Assembly (NCBI GenBank): GCA_019058315.1
Contig: JAHPZH010000005.1
Coordinates: 288,001 to 352,000 of the forward strand
Reading direction: 5' to 3'
Source of the DNA: Candidatus Helarchaeota archaeon
GTDB taxonomy: Archaea; Asgardarchaeota; Lokiarchaeia; Helarchaeales; RDOG01
Length of the DNA stretch: 64,000 nucleotides
The notes beneath the pieces were generated by a model that saw nothing but the letters and a program-made list of their open reading frames with translations, was not told the origin of the DNA and did not search any database. Both the position numbers and the translations under genes were made by a program. Shown here piece after piece: positions 19,466-31,967 of this stretch (positions are counted from its first letter, which is position 1; each line of letters begins with the position of its first letter).

Positions 19466-20794
19466 ATGACTGAAAGAAAAAACGTAGTTGTAGTTTCTGC
19501 AAAAAGGGCTCCAATGGGAAAAAGTTCTTGGAATCCCGCTGCTAAACCAGGAATTTTTTATTGGGCTAATGCTCAAGACTTTGGTGGACAGATTTTTAGA
19601 AATATTTGGGAAGATGCTAAGAAGAAAGCACCTGATCTCAAGCCAGAGGAGCTTGAAGCGATTGCGTATGGTTGTTCAGGGCAGTATGGAGCACAATCTG
19701 GAGATATAGCTCGGCTTTCCGCAGTGGTCCAAAAATCAAAAGATTTTTACCCGGTATTTGGGGTTACTTGTGATTCCTACTGTAATGCTGGAACTTCTGC
19801 AATACAATATATTAATAACATGCTAGCCCTCGGTCAAGGTGAAGTGGGAGTAGCCGGGGGACAAGAATTACTATCTCTTTTCCCTTTAGGCTCTTCAATG
19901 ATGGCGCACATACAAGATAAGAAAACAGGGAAACCCACTCATAAAAGAGTACTTGAAATGCATAAATTATTCATGAAACGAACATTAGGTCTTGGACCTG
20001 CAGGTGAAAAAATTGCTTGGATGTGGAATTTAAAGAGAGAAGATTTAGATGAATTTGCCGCTCGTAGTCACCGGAATATGATTAAAGTTCAAAGACAAAA
20101 AGATAAATACGAACCTAGAATAATGCCAATAACTATGCCGGTCTGTAATGAAAAAGGCAAACCAATAAAAGATCCTGAAACAAGAAAAATAAAAACAATT
20201 ACGCATACAGTTGATGAGACTCCACGAGCTGTTTATTTAGATAATCCTGAAAAAGCAATGGAAAAAATGAAAAGCCTTAAAGCACGATTTAGTGATGGAG
20301 AACATTTTCCCCCAAAGTACATACATGCTGGAAACGCTAGTGCGATATCGGATGGTGGAGCTGCGATGCTTTTAATGACCGAAGAAAAGGCATCACAATT
20401 AGGCGCTAAACCTCTTGCTAGAATTGTTGATATCTCTAATTCAGCATCGGATCCTTCAGTTGTTCTTACAGGACCTATTCCAGCTACAAAGAAAATATTA
20501 AAAAGAAATGGATTAAAATTTGATGATTTTGATTTGATACACATTAACGAGGCGTTTGCGAGTGTCCCATTTGTAGTCATGCACGAATTAGGAAGTAATG
20601 CTTTAACTGATGAGCGTTTAAATACGTCGGGGGGTGCTATAGCTGGGGGACATCCGATAGGAGCATCTGGAGTTGCTTGGGCTGTGGAGTTAATATGGGA
20701 AATGATCCATAATAAGAAAAAGCTTGGACTTTTCACCTTGTGTGCTGGGTTTGGCAATGGAATGTCTGTGGTCTTTGAAAATATGCAAATCTAA
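19466..20794 (+). CDS. Thiolase (acetyl-CoA C-acyltransferase)
   Basis: Catalytic Cys in SYCNAG; INEAFAS; GGAIAGGHPIGASG; TLCAGFGNG. Confidence 0.93.
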   Translation: MTERKNVVVVSAKRAPMGKSSWNPAAKPGIFYWANAQDFGGQIFRNIWEDAKKKAPDLKPEELEAIAYGCSGQYGAQSGDIARLSAVVQKSKDFYPVFGVTCDSYCNAGTSAIQYINNMLALGQGEVGVAGGQELLSLFPLGSSMMAHIQDKKTGKPTHKRVLEMHKLFMKRTLGLGPAGEKIAWMWNLKREDLDEFAARSHRNMIKVQRQKDKYEPRIMPITMPVCNEKGKPIKDPETRKIKTITHTVDETPRAVYLDNPEKAMEKMKSLKARFSDGEHFPPKYIHAGNASAISDGGAAMLLMTEEKASQLGAKPLARIVDISNSASDPSVVLTGPIPATKKILKRNGLKFDDFDLIHINEAFASVPFVVMHELGSNALTDERLNTSGGAIAGGHPIGASGVAWAVELIWEMIHNKKKLGLFTLCAGFGNGMSVVFENMQI

Positions 20795-20890
20795 CATTAA
20801 ATAAAATTTCTACTCTTTTTTTAAACAATTTTTTTTAACCATTTAAAAAAAATTAAGAGATTTTGAAAGATATTTCTCTTTATACCAAAT

Positions 20891-21082
20891 TTATGTATAA
20901 TAAGGTAGGGTAGGTTTATCAAATTCCAGGCCTATAAGAATTTCATAAGTTTCACAACTTGGACATTTGACATCATTTAGAGGGGTTTCGCCCTCTAATC
21001 CAAAAAATATATTGCATTTTATACAATAAAATGACAGCGTTGGTTTTAAATCCGTTTTTTTTAATTCAATTTTTTCCTTCAA
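20891..21082 (-). CDS. Small zinc-ribbon protein
   Basis: YCIKC...VKCPSC; purine-rich RBS-like AGAGG upstream. Confidence 0.6.
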   Translation of the reverse strand: MKEKIELKKTDLKPTLSFYCIKCNIFFGLEGETPLNDVKCPSCETYEILIGLEFDKPTLPYYT

Positions 21083-21241
21083 ATTTTTACTAACCTCTTC
21101 TATAATTTTTTTTCATTTTTTTATAGAATTTAAGGTCAAACTTCAATAATTCTAACATTTTCAGCCATTACTTTAATTATATCATTTTGTCGATTTAAAT
21201 TTTATTAATTTAATTAAATTAATAACTTTAACATTTTTCTT

Positions 21242-21517
21242 TTATTTTGGTGTTTCCGATTCTAAATTTTTTAATTTTTGAACCTCATCCTTCAGTTCTT
21301 GAATTTCTTTTTGTAATTCGAGTAAAATAGAGATGAAGAGAACCTCAGATACCAGTGGTCGTGAGATATAACCTCCAGCATCTGCTCGTAAGCGTGCCGC
21401 ATTCATAATTTTGTCGAAGTTCTTTTTATCTGCTGGACGCAAGGCTCGTCGAAATTCTGCCCAACTCGCAATTTCGTGTTCCAATATCATTCTAAACGTA
21501 GGTATTGTTCGTCCCAT
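21242..21517 (-). CDS. Small PolB2-associated helical protein (arCOG07300-like)
   Basis: MGRTIPTFR..WAEFRRALRPADK..F...; ATG overlaps the stop of the upstream radA-like gene (TAATG at 21519-21515). Confidence 0.75.
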   Translation of the reverse strand: MGRTIPTFRMILEHEIASWAEFRRALRPADKKNFDKIMNAARLRADAGGYISRPLVSEVLFISILLELQKEIQELKDEVQKLKNLESETPK

Positions 21518-22236
21518 TAAGGTTCCCCCAGCCAAAAGTTGAGATTTCTTTGTAGAGGTATCGGGGTTGATTTCCACATGATATTTTTTTGGAAACGACC
21601 TCCTTTGAGTTTATAGAAATCTATACGATTTTGATAATCTAATACATGAACAATTACATCAGCAAAATGACTCATAATCTTGCCTCCTGCTGGTTTAAAC
21701 CGTGAGTTCTGAGCATATCCTGTAGAAACTACAACAACCGCATTTTTTTCAAGCGCAAATTTTTTAAGCTTTCCGAGAATTTTTAAGAGATCTCCAAAGC
21801 AAGACTGTGTTTTGGGGTCGAACATACCAGTCAATCCCGAAATGAGAAGAAGTCGTGCCTCTAATCCTTTCATTTTATTTATGACAATATCGACCGTTTG
21901 TTCCCAAGTGAAGAATCGGGAGATGAGAATACGTGATAAGACATGACGAGGGTTTAGTTTTTTAGTGACGGATTTTTGGGAGATGAAGTAGGGATCAAAG
22001 GAAACATCACCGTCCACATAGATTACTTTCGAATTAAGACCATTAAGTGATCGCGGTAGTTGAGCTGTAACTGATAGCGTTAGAAAAATCTGTCTAATTA
22101 CAGATCTTTGCCCATATAAAAGATAAAGAGTTCTGGGCATAAATCCTCCATCAAGTAAGTCGTCTAATTCTGCATTTTCACTGGTCAATTTAGTTATGTT
22201 TTTTTGTCGATTGTATTCGTGTGAAGCGGAGTTCAT
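21517..22236 (-). CDS. Inactive RadA/RecA-superfamily paralogue of the type found with PolB2
   Basis: ELDDLLDGG, VTAQLPRSLNGLNSKVIYVDG, KPAGGKIMSH are RadA-like; Walker A degenerate (YGQRSVIRQ); Walker B lacks Asp (LLLISGL). Confidence 0.82.
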   Translation of the reverse strand: MNSASHEYNRQKNITKLTSENAELDDLLDGGFMPRTLYLLYGQRSVIRQIFLTLSVTAQLPRSLNGLNSKVIYVDGDVSFDPYFISQKSVTKKLNPRHVLSRILISRFFTWEQTVDIVINKMKGLEARLLLISGLTGMFDPKTQSCFGDLLKILGKLKKFALEKNAVVVVSTGYAQNSRFKPAGGKIMSHFADVIVHVLDYQNRIDFYKLKGGRFQKNIMWKSTPIPLQRNLNFWLGEP

Positions 22237-22392
22237 TTCATTACCTCAACAGCACATATTAACTTAAACTACAATATTTGAGTTAAAATTCCGACATTTC
22301 GACAGCCTCGGGTAGGAATTTGCCAACATTCGATCAATTCCTCTAGAATTTTAACACCATAGAGAGATACCTTTTGGAAAATATTAATTGTA

Positions 22393-22434
22393 GGAGGGAG
22401 ATCTGGAAAAGTGAAAGTATTGAATTTTTGTCGG
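22393..22434 (-). promoter_or_regulatory. Putative regulatory element upstream of the radA-like operon, shared with polB2
   Basis: + strand GGAGGGAGA-N11-GAAAGT..TTTGTCGG. Confidence 0.5.
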
Positions 22435-22659
22435 GTTTTTAAGAGAAGTTAAAAAAAACGAAAATGAAATTTGAAATATTTTTTCATGATTTTCTAAGGT
22501 AAAAATGGTTTTACTTGTACATTTATATTTCTAGAGTTGATTAATAAATGAATAAATTGAATTTAATATTATAATCAATAAAAAAGGTTTATATTTTACC
22601 GATGAATTGAAAGATTATTAAATTATAACTCAATTGCATTAAAAATTGGATTTAAAAAA

Positions 22660-23373
22660 ATGTCTTTAAATGGAATTGTTCCAGATTGGATAGGTTATAT
22701 GCAAGCAATAATTTATTTTATTCTTGCAGTATATTTAATTTATTTAACCATGAATACTAAATTGACGCATGTAGATGAATTTAGAAAAAAGTTCGTGTTA
22801 GCCATTCTCATTTTAATAGGCTCTGTTTCAATTTACGTGGTATGTCGAAATTTTTTTCATTTTTCAGAACAATTTTATGAAATTTTACTTGTAATTTTAT
22901 TTATTGGGTTGTTTTGTTTCATTTTAGCAATGTTACTTAGTTATCGAACTTTAGTCGAATATGTATCAGATATAATCGAACTTGAATATAATAATAAGAA
23001 AGAGATTTCAAAGGCTTTATTAATTTCAGTGATAATAGATATGATTTTTTTTGTCACTATTTTAATTTCTAATATTGTCCAATATATTTGGATTGAATTA
23101 GTTATAGGACGAGTTATTTTTATAGGTTTTTTCTTTAGTGCTGTTTATACTTTCGAATTACATCTTAAAATGAAAAACGCAAATATTAACGTAATGATTT
23201 ACTTTGGATTTGGATTTTTAAGTTTCGGTTTTTTAGAATTCGTTTCATTATTTGTTAATTTAATAAAAACTGAGCTTGGATGGGCTTTAGTAAATTTTAT
23301 TGTAAGTTTTATGTTAGCTATTTTTATTATTGGATATTTAAGTTTCAAAAGACATATTTTGACTAATAAATAA
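22660..23373 (+). CDS. Hypothetical 7-TM membrane protein
   Basis: Seven hydrophobic helices by eye. Confidence 0.65.
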   Translation: MSLNGIVPDWIGYMQAIIYFILAVYLIYLTMNTKLTHVDEFRKKFVLAILILIGSVSIYVVCRNFFHFSEQFYEILLVILFIGLFCFILAMLLSYRTLVEYVSDIIELEYNNKKEISKALLISVIIDMIFFVTILISNIVQYIWIELVIGRVIFIGFFFSAVYTFELHLKMKNANINVMIYFGFGFLSFGFLEFVSLFVNLIKTELGWALVNFIVSFMLAIFIIGYLSFKRHILTNK

Positions 23374-23480
23374 TAACTCTATCATAAGATGGAAATAGCA
23401 ATTTGAAAGAGAAGAGACACTATTCATGGAAATACGCTTTCTAAATTCTATTATTACCTGATTAATTTTTATAAACTCAA

Positions 23481-24098
23481 ATGAAACTATATAGAAATTA
23501 TAAAAAAACTTTCAACATTATTATTCTTAAATTAGAAATATTAAGATGTGATGCTTTGTCTTTTTTAAATAAGTTGGATAATTGGCCTTCACCAAATAAG
23601 ATACGACTTATGGCGATTTTTGGTCTCATTTTGACTATTCTGGTTTATATACTTATGGGAATGGTCTTTATGCAAGCAGGATATTCTATGAACTTCTTTG
23701 CAAGTCAGTTATCATTCAATGGATTTTCAATGAAGTTGGAATATTTTCCAATGGTAATTTTTAACGGATTAGGAGCTTATAGAATTGGACAGATTCTGGA
23801 TTATCTATTTATGGTCGGCTATGGGACTTTGATATTCTCTTTAGCTTTGATTATTGGTAGGAAATACGAGTCTACTTCGATTTGGAGAAAATCAAGTTTC
23901 ATTATTGCAGTAGTAGGTATTATAACAGCAATTTTAGATGGGTTAGAAAATGCATTCATATTACTCACACTTACAAACCCATTAGGCTTTCCAGATTGGT
24001 GGACTGTTGCGCATTCATGTTTTGCATTAGTTAAATATATTTGCCTCTTCTCATCAATTATTTGGGCGATTTTAGCAGCAATTAAAATTAAAATTTAA
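23481..24098 (+). CDS. Hypothetical membrane protein
   Basis: 4-5 TM helices; LDYLFMVGY..D.LEN..K pattern; start probably further downstream. Confidence 0.65.
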   Translation: MKLYRNYKKTFNIIILKLEILRCDALSFLNKLDNWPSPNKIRLMAIFGLILTILVYILMGMVFMQAGYSMNFFASQLSFNGFSMKLEYFPMVIFNGLGAYRIGQILDYLFMVGYGTLIFSLALIIGRKYESTSIWRKSSFIIAVVGIITAILDGLENAFILLTLTNPLGFPDWWTVAHSCFALVKYICLFSSIIWAILAAIKIKI

Positions 24099-24147
24099 TT
24101 TTTTTATTTTATTCTATTCTATTTTTCTATAATGGAGAATTTAAAAT

Positions 24148-24864
24148 ATGTTAATTATTCCAGCTGTTGATATTCGTGAAGGTAAATGTGTAAGACTATA
24201 CAAAGGTATTGAAGATCAAATTACAAAATATTTTGACAGCCCCGTTGAAGCTGCACAATTTTGGGCAGATCAAGGTGCCCCTTTAATTCATATTATTGAT
24301 CTGGACTCTGCTCTAGGGTTAGGTGAAAATATAGCTAGCATTAAAAAAATAATAAATGAAGTTTCTGCGAAATTTGAAATCGGAGGAGGGATTCGATCCC
24401 TTGAAAAAGCTGAAAGGATCTTTTCGTGGGGTGCAGAGCGAATTATAGTAGGAACCAAAGCGATTAAAGAACCGAACTTTATTCCAAAACTGGAAAGGGC
24501 GATTGGAAAGGCCCACATTATGGTTGCATTAGATTATCGTAAGGATAAAGTTCTTGTAAATGGTTGGAAAACCTCCACTTCTTATAATGTCTTTGAATTT
24601 GCAAAAATAATGGAAGAAAAAGGTGCTGGTTGGATTCTTTTTTCATCCGCTGAAGCAGATGGCACTCTTACTGGACCCAATATAGAAGCTACTACTCAAA
24701 TGGTCCAATCAACCTCTTTACCCGTTATTGCTGCTGGGGGTATAAGCTCGATTAAAGATATTGAAGCACTCGAAAATACAAAAGTAGCGGGAATTGTTAC
24801 TGGGAAAGCAATCTATGAAGGAAAATTAGATTTAAAAGAAGCATTGAAAAGATTTCAAAAATAA
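24148..24864 (+). CDS. hisA: ProFAR isomerase (histidine biosynthesis)
   Basis: IIPAVDIREGKCVRL, HIIDLD, IGGGIRS, DGTLTGPN, AAGGI, GKAIYEG. Confidence 0.96.
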   Translation: MLIIPAVDIREGKCVRLYKGIEDQITKYFDSPVEAAQFWADQGAPLIHIIDLDSALGLGENIASIKKIINEVSAKFEIGGGIRSLEKAERIFSWGAERIIVGTKAIKEPNFIPKLERAIGKAHIMVALDYRKDKVLVNGWKTSTSYNVFEFAKIMEEKGAGWILFSSAEADGTLTGPNIEATTQMVQSTSLPVIAAGGISSIKDIEALENTKVAGIVTGKAIYEGKLDLKEALKRFQK

Positions 24865-24887
24865 ATCTTTTAAAAATAAAAAATATA

Positions 24888-25598
24888 TTAACCCACATGT
24901 TGATGAGGAAGAGACCTCCAAATCCAAGATATGACTTCAGAAGGTGATCTTGTTTGAAATATGACCTTTCCTGGACCAGTTGCTTCAATTACTAACCCTT
25001 CCTTAGAAAATAATGTAGATTTTAAGCCTCCTACTTTTTTAATATCCCACTTTAAAGAACTTTCCATTGCTACTAAATGTGAATTGTCAATTCGTAATTT
25101 CTCTCCAGGTTCTAAATCTCGTTCCAAAAATCCGCCAAGTGCAGATACAAATAAATCACTATCTTCTTCTGCTTTTGTTAGTAGAAAAAACATTTTTTCT
25201 CCACCGAAAAGACCCTTTTTAAATCCTGAGAATTTTGTTCCAGTATCTAAAGTTGGAGAACTTGCGACAAATCCACCTGAGTAAACCATCCATTCTTCGC
25301 CGGCTTTTAGTTTTATATGCATTATATCACCAGGATACGGAGGGGCTAACCCTAATATTCCATCTCCAGTTTCTGCGGTGAATTCATTGATAAAAAAAGT
25401 CTCTCCCGCGAAAGTTCTTTTTACACTTGCCCAAAAACCCTTGGCGGCCTTTTTTGTATGTATTCCAATCGTTGTATCATGATATATCATGACTCCTGCT
25501 TCTGCATTTATGGTCTGACCTTCTTTAAGTAAAACATTCACTATAGAATAAGATGGGGCAAATAATATTTCGTATTTGTAATGAACTCCGTCTTGCAT
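24888..25598 (-). CDS. AIM24 family protein (TIGR00266-like)
   Basis: AEAGVM, GETFFINEF, LAPPYPGDI, IDNSHLVA, EGLV...GPGKVIFQTR. Confidence 0.9.
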   Translation of the reverse strand: MQDGVHYKYEILFAPSYSIVNVLLKEGQTINAEAGVMIYHDTTIGIHTKKAAKGFWASVKRTFAGETFFINEFTAETGDGILGLAPPYPGDIMHIKLKAGEEWMVYSGGFVASSPTLDTGTKFSGFKKGLFGGEKMFFLLTKAEEDSDLFVSALGGFLERDLEPGEKLRIDNSHLVAMESSLKWDIKKVGGLKSTLFSKEGLVIEATGPGKVIFQTRSPSEVISWIWRSLPHQHVG

Positions 25599-25767
25599 AT
25601 TTTTCTATCTCTTTAATCATTTATTTTGAATATTCAATAATATTCATCTATAAAATTATTAAGTGTTTACATAGCGGCATTTTCAAATAGGGATTGATTT
25701 AAAAGCCCTTACTATTGATTTTATATAGTTTTAAAACAAAGTCTAATTATATATCTGTTAATATTTA

Positions 25768-26949
25768 TCAATCAATTAAATGATTTTCTTCAACTTTAGA
25801 GATGAATGAAAAAACTACCGCTACAATTCCAATAATAATTAAGGTATAACTTAGTGACCAATCTACAAGCAGACCCACGAAAGGATTAAATATTGCACAA
25901 ACCATTTTTTCAAACATTGTTGCTGTGGAGATAACAGTTGCTCGTTTTTCAGAGGGAATATATTTGTTCATATAACTGATTAATAGAGGTCTTCGTGCTA
26001 AACCGAATCCACCAGCTAAAAATATAGCTAATAACACGAATGGAAGAAATGTAGTTAAGCCTCCAATAATGAACCCTATACCTGTTATAATGGAAGTGAG
26101 AAAGACTAATCTTTTTTTGGATCTGAAAATTTTTTCTAAACTTTCATAACTATTCATTATTGCAATTTCGATTATTAACAGAGCTACATTTATAAAACCA
26201 TAGTAAAAAATCTCAACATTTGCTTCTTTTAGCATTGGTTGCCAAAGCCAAATCATCCAATAGGAAACCGAAGCTAAAATAATCATATCAATTGCCAAAA
26301 TTTTTAGGATTTTATGTTCATGTAAATATCTCACTCCTTTTTTTAATATAGTAAAATAACTCATTGATTCTGAGTTTTCTTGTAAAGGTGGTTCTTTGAA
26401 CGTTAAACCTAAAAAAAATGCAAGACCAGTTGGAATAGAAACTAATAACATTGTTGCTCTTAGGTCAAAAATAACTGCGATTAAACTTCCAAATATAGCT
26501 CCAAGCATAATACCTACTAAATTGAAACTTTGCATCCTTCCCATGATTTTTTTAGATTTTTCTGTTTCATTAATCTCCTTTAAGCTATCATAGACAAATG
26601 CTTCGGTCGCACCAGAATATAAGCTCATTGATAATCCCCATAGAAATTCTCCTAACATGAAAATGAAAAAATTTGGAGTACTTCCATAAACGAGCGCCCC
26701 AGCAATATTAATTACACTAGCCAATAAAAGTGAATGCTTTCTTCCTAAAAAATCTGCCACAGTTCCTGTAGGAATTTCTAAAATAAAGAAACAGAAGAGA
26801 AACCAGCTCTGTAAAATCATTATTTGGAAGAAACTTAATCCACCCCAATCTGTGAAGAACGGGATTAATACAGGGGATACGAACATCATATTACGTAGCA
26901 TATTGAATAAGTATATTTTCCAAATATTCGCTTTGAAATTTTTAACCAT
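25768..26949 (-). CDS. MFS transporter
   Basis: LEIPTGTVADFLGRKHS (MFS motif A); about 12 TM; RATVIS. Confidence 0.92.
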   Translation of the reverse strand: MVKNFKANIWKIYLFNMLRNMMFVSPVLIPFFTDWGGLSFFQIMILQSWFLFCFFILEIPTGTVADFLGRKHSLLLASVINIAGALVYGSTPNFFIFMLGEFLWGLSMSLYSGATEAFVYDSLKEINETEKSKKIMGRMQSFNLVGIMLGAIFGSLIAVIFDLRATMLLVSIPTGLAFFLGLTFKEPPLQENSESMSYFTILKKGVRYLHEHKILKILAIDMIILASVSYWMIWLWQPMLKEANVEIFYYGFINVALLIIEIAIMNSYESLEKIFRSKKRLVFLTSIITGIGFIIGGLTTFLPFVLLAIFLAGGFGLARRPLLISYMNKYIPSEKRATVISTATMFEKMVCAIFNPFVGLLVDWSLSYTLIIIGIVAVVFSFISKVEENHLID

Positions 26950-27095
26950 ATTTTTAACCGAATTAACTATTTTTTTAAATAGAAACAAATAAAATTTAAT
27001 AATTAGAATATAATTACTGATTTAGATAATTTAAAAGAAAGAGAACTTTTAGAGAGGATTATTAGAATTGATTTATCGAAGCTAAATAGCTTTTT

Positions 27096-27623
27096 TTACA
27101 TCAATGCACTATCTTGCTTTTTCCTATCCAAAACAGCTTGGGTTATCAAGCCAAAGACATAGCCTATATTTTGACCAGATTTTGCGCTGCATTCAATGTA
27201 GCTGTTAATATTATTATCTTTGGCAAAACCTTCCGCATCTTCTCTTGTAATTGAACGATTTGGTAAGTCTATTTTAGTCCCAACCAAAACAACAGGAATA
27301 GAATCAGTATTTTTCCTGATTAAACCGAGCCATTCTGGAAGATTATTAAATGAGTAAGGTTTTGTCAAATCAAATACTAGTAAAGCCCCAGATGCTCCGC
27401 GGCAATAACCAGGAAGAATAAATCTAAAACGATCTTCGCCTCCAAAATCCCATAACTGAAGCGTAACTTGTTCTTCACCCAGCATAACCTTCACAGCGCT
27501 GAAGTCTACGCCTATCGTCATTTTGGTTCCCTCAAGGAAGATTCCCTTAGTAAATCGCAGTGTCATTGCTGTTTTACCTACACCGCCTTCACCAGCAATT
27601 ACCAGCTTGAGGATATATGTCAT
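27096..27623 (-). CDS. Rab-like small GTPase (Asgard eukaryotic signature protein)
   Basis: GEGGVGKT, TIGVDF, WDFGGEDRF, GTKIDL, ECSAK; no C-terminal prenylation Cys. Confidence 0.93.
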   Translation of the reverse strand: MTYILKLVIAGEGGVGKTAMTLRFTKGIFLEGTKMTIGVDFSAVKVMLGEEQVTLQLWDFGGEDRFRFILPGYCRGASGALLVFDLTKPYSFNNLPEWLGLIRKNTDSIPVVLVGTKIDLPNRSITREDAEGFAKDNNINSYIECSAKSGQNIGYVFGLITQAVLDRKKQDSALM

Positions 27624-27869
27624 TTTTTAACTTCCCAGTCGAATATACATTAATTCTTTAGTTAACCAGATTTCATTATTTGATATTTCTATAATCAAAA
27701 TTAAACTTTATGATATTTTAATTTAAATTCATTAAAGTATAATATTTTCTTATTTTATGTTTCAAATTATTAATCTGATTATTAAACAATATATTAAATT
27801 TTATTTGTCAACATAATTTAAAATTTTATTGAATTGGTTATTAAAGATAGATTTTTGGGTGTGTGATTT

Positions 27870-28274
27870 TTGGAACGATTTAAAATTAGTGAAAAAGATG
27901 CAGAAGAAATAATTAAAACATTAAATTTTTCTAAATTAAATGGTCTAATCGCCGTTATAGCTCAAGATATTAAAACTAATGAAGTAGTAATGTCTGCATT
28001 TGCTAATGAAGAAGCAATTAAGATGACTTTAACAACCGGATATGCATATTATTGGAGTCGTTCCAGAAATACATTGTGGAAAAAAGGGGAGACTTCAGGT
28101 CACCTACAGATAGTAAAAGAAGTTTATCTTGACTGTGATCAAGATGCAATCTTATTAAAAATAAACCAAATAACAGCAGCCTGTCATACAGGCTATTTTA
28201 GTTGTTTTCACAAAAAAATTATTGATGGAAATGTTGAGATAATTGGTGAACAAATTTTTAAGCCAATTAAATAG
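27870..28274 (+). CDS. hisI: Phosphoribosyl-AMP cyclohydrolase
   Basis: YWSRSRNTLWKKGETSGH, DCDQDA, ACHTGYFSCF. Confidence 0.96.
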   Translation: MERFKISEKDAEEIIKTLNFSKLNGLIAVIAQDIKTNEVVMSAFANEEAIKMTLTTGYAYYWSRSRNTLWKKGETSGHLQIVKEVYLDCDQDAILLKINQITAACHTGYFSCFHKKIIDGNVEIIGEQIFKPIK

Positions 28275-28319
28275 GATGGATTTTCAATTAAAAGAAAAAT
28301 TGAGTTAAAAAATTTATTC

Positions 28320-28664
28320 TTATCCTTCGATATCATCTAGAAAATCTAATAGATGGTCACGTACAACAACAAATGAAGGTCCTCCACCAAACTCTATTCC
28401 TATAGCAGCAGCTTCTAATACTTCATCTCTTTTTGCTCCAGCTGAAATTGCATTATTTGCATGATTTGCCATACATGGGATACATTTAGTAGCTACTGCT
28501 GCTGCTACCGCCATTAACTCTTTTAATTTCCGGTCTAAAGCTCCAGGTTTATAGTAATATTTGATTAATTCATTAAATCCCTTGTATAGATCTGGTGCTT
28601 CCTTCTCTAATCGCTCTCTATTAGCTTTTCTCTTTTTCAAAATGTCTTTAGCCTTATATTCCAT
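28320..28664 (-). CDS. Carboxymuconolactone decarboxylase/AhpD-like protein
   Basis: GALDRKLKELMAVA..KCIPCMANH...GA. Confidence 0.88.
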   Translation of the reverse strand: MEYKAKDILKKRKANRERLEKEAPDLYKGFNELIKYYYKPGALDRKLKELMAVAAAVATKCIPCMANHANNAISAGAKRDEVLEAAAIGIEFGGGPSFVVVRDHLLDFLDDIEG

Positions 28665-28754
28665 TATTACACCTCTTTTTTTTAATACTTTAAGAGAAAA
28701 TTATTAAAATAAAAAAATAACAACAAACACCTTTATCAATTATATGAAAAATAA

Positions 28755-31883
<3,129 letters not shown>

Positions 31884-31967
31884 AAATAGTTATTAATTAA
31901 ATTATAATAAAAAAACTATTGATTTATGATTTATATAATTTTAACAATATTTGAAAAGGTAATTTAA

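Noticed and set aside
984-21241. Idea that the 20 kb between polB2 and its partners is a mobile element
   Set aside because: No integrase, transposase, att sites or terminal repeats seen; gene content and composition look host-like
21518-21577. N-terminal extension MEINPD.. of the 111-aa ORF
   Set aside because: Overlaps the radA-like gene; MGRT at 21517 with a TAATG overlap is the more plausible start
22240-22345. Possible leader hairpin or 21-codon uORF before the radA-like gene (AATTCC..GGAATT, two CGACA copies)
   Set aside because: Pairing is short and there is no comparative support; cannot call an ncRNA
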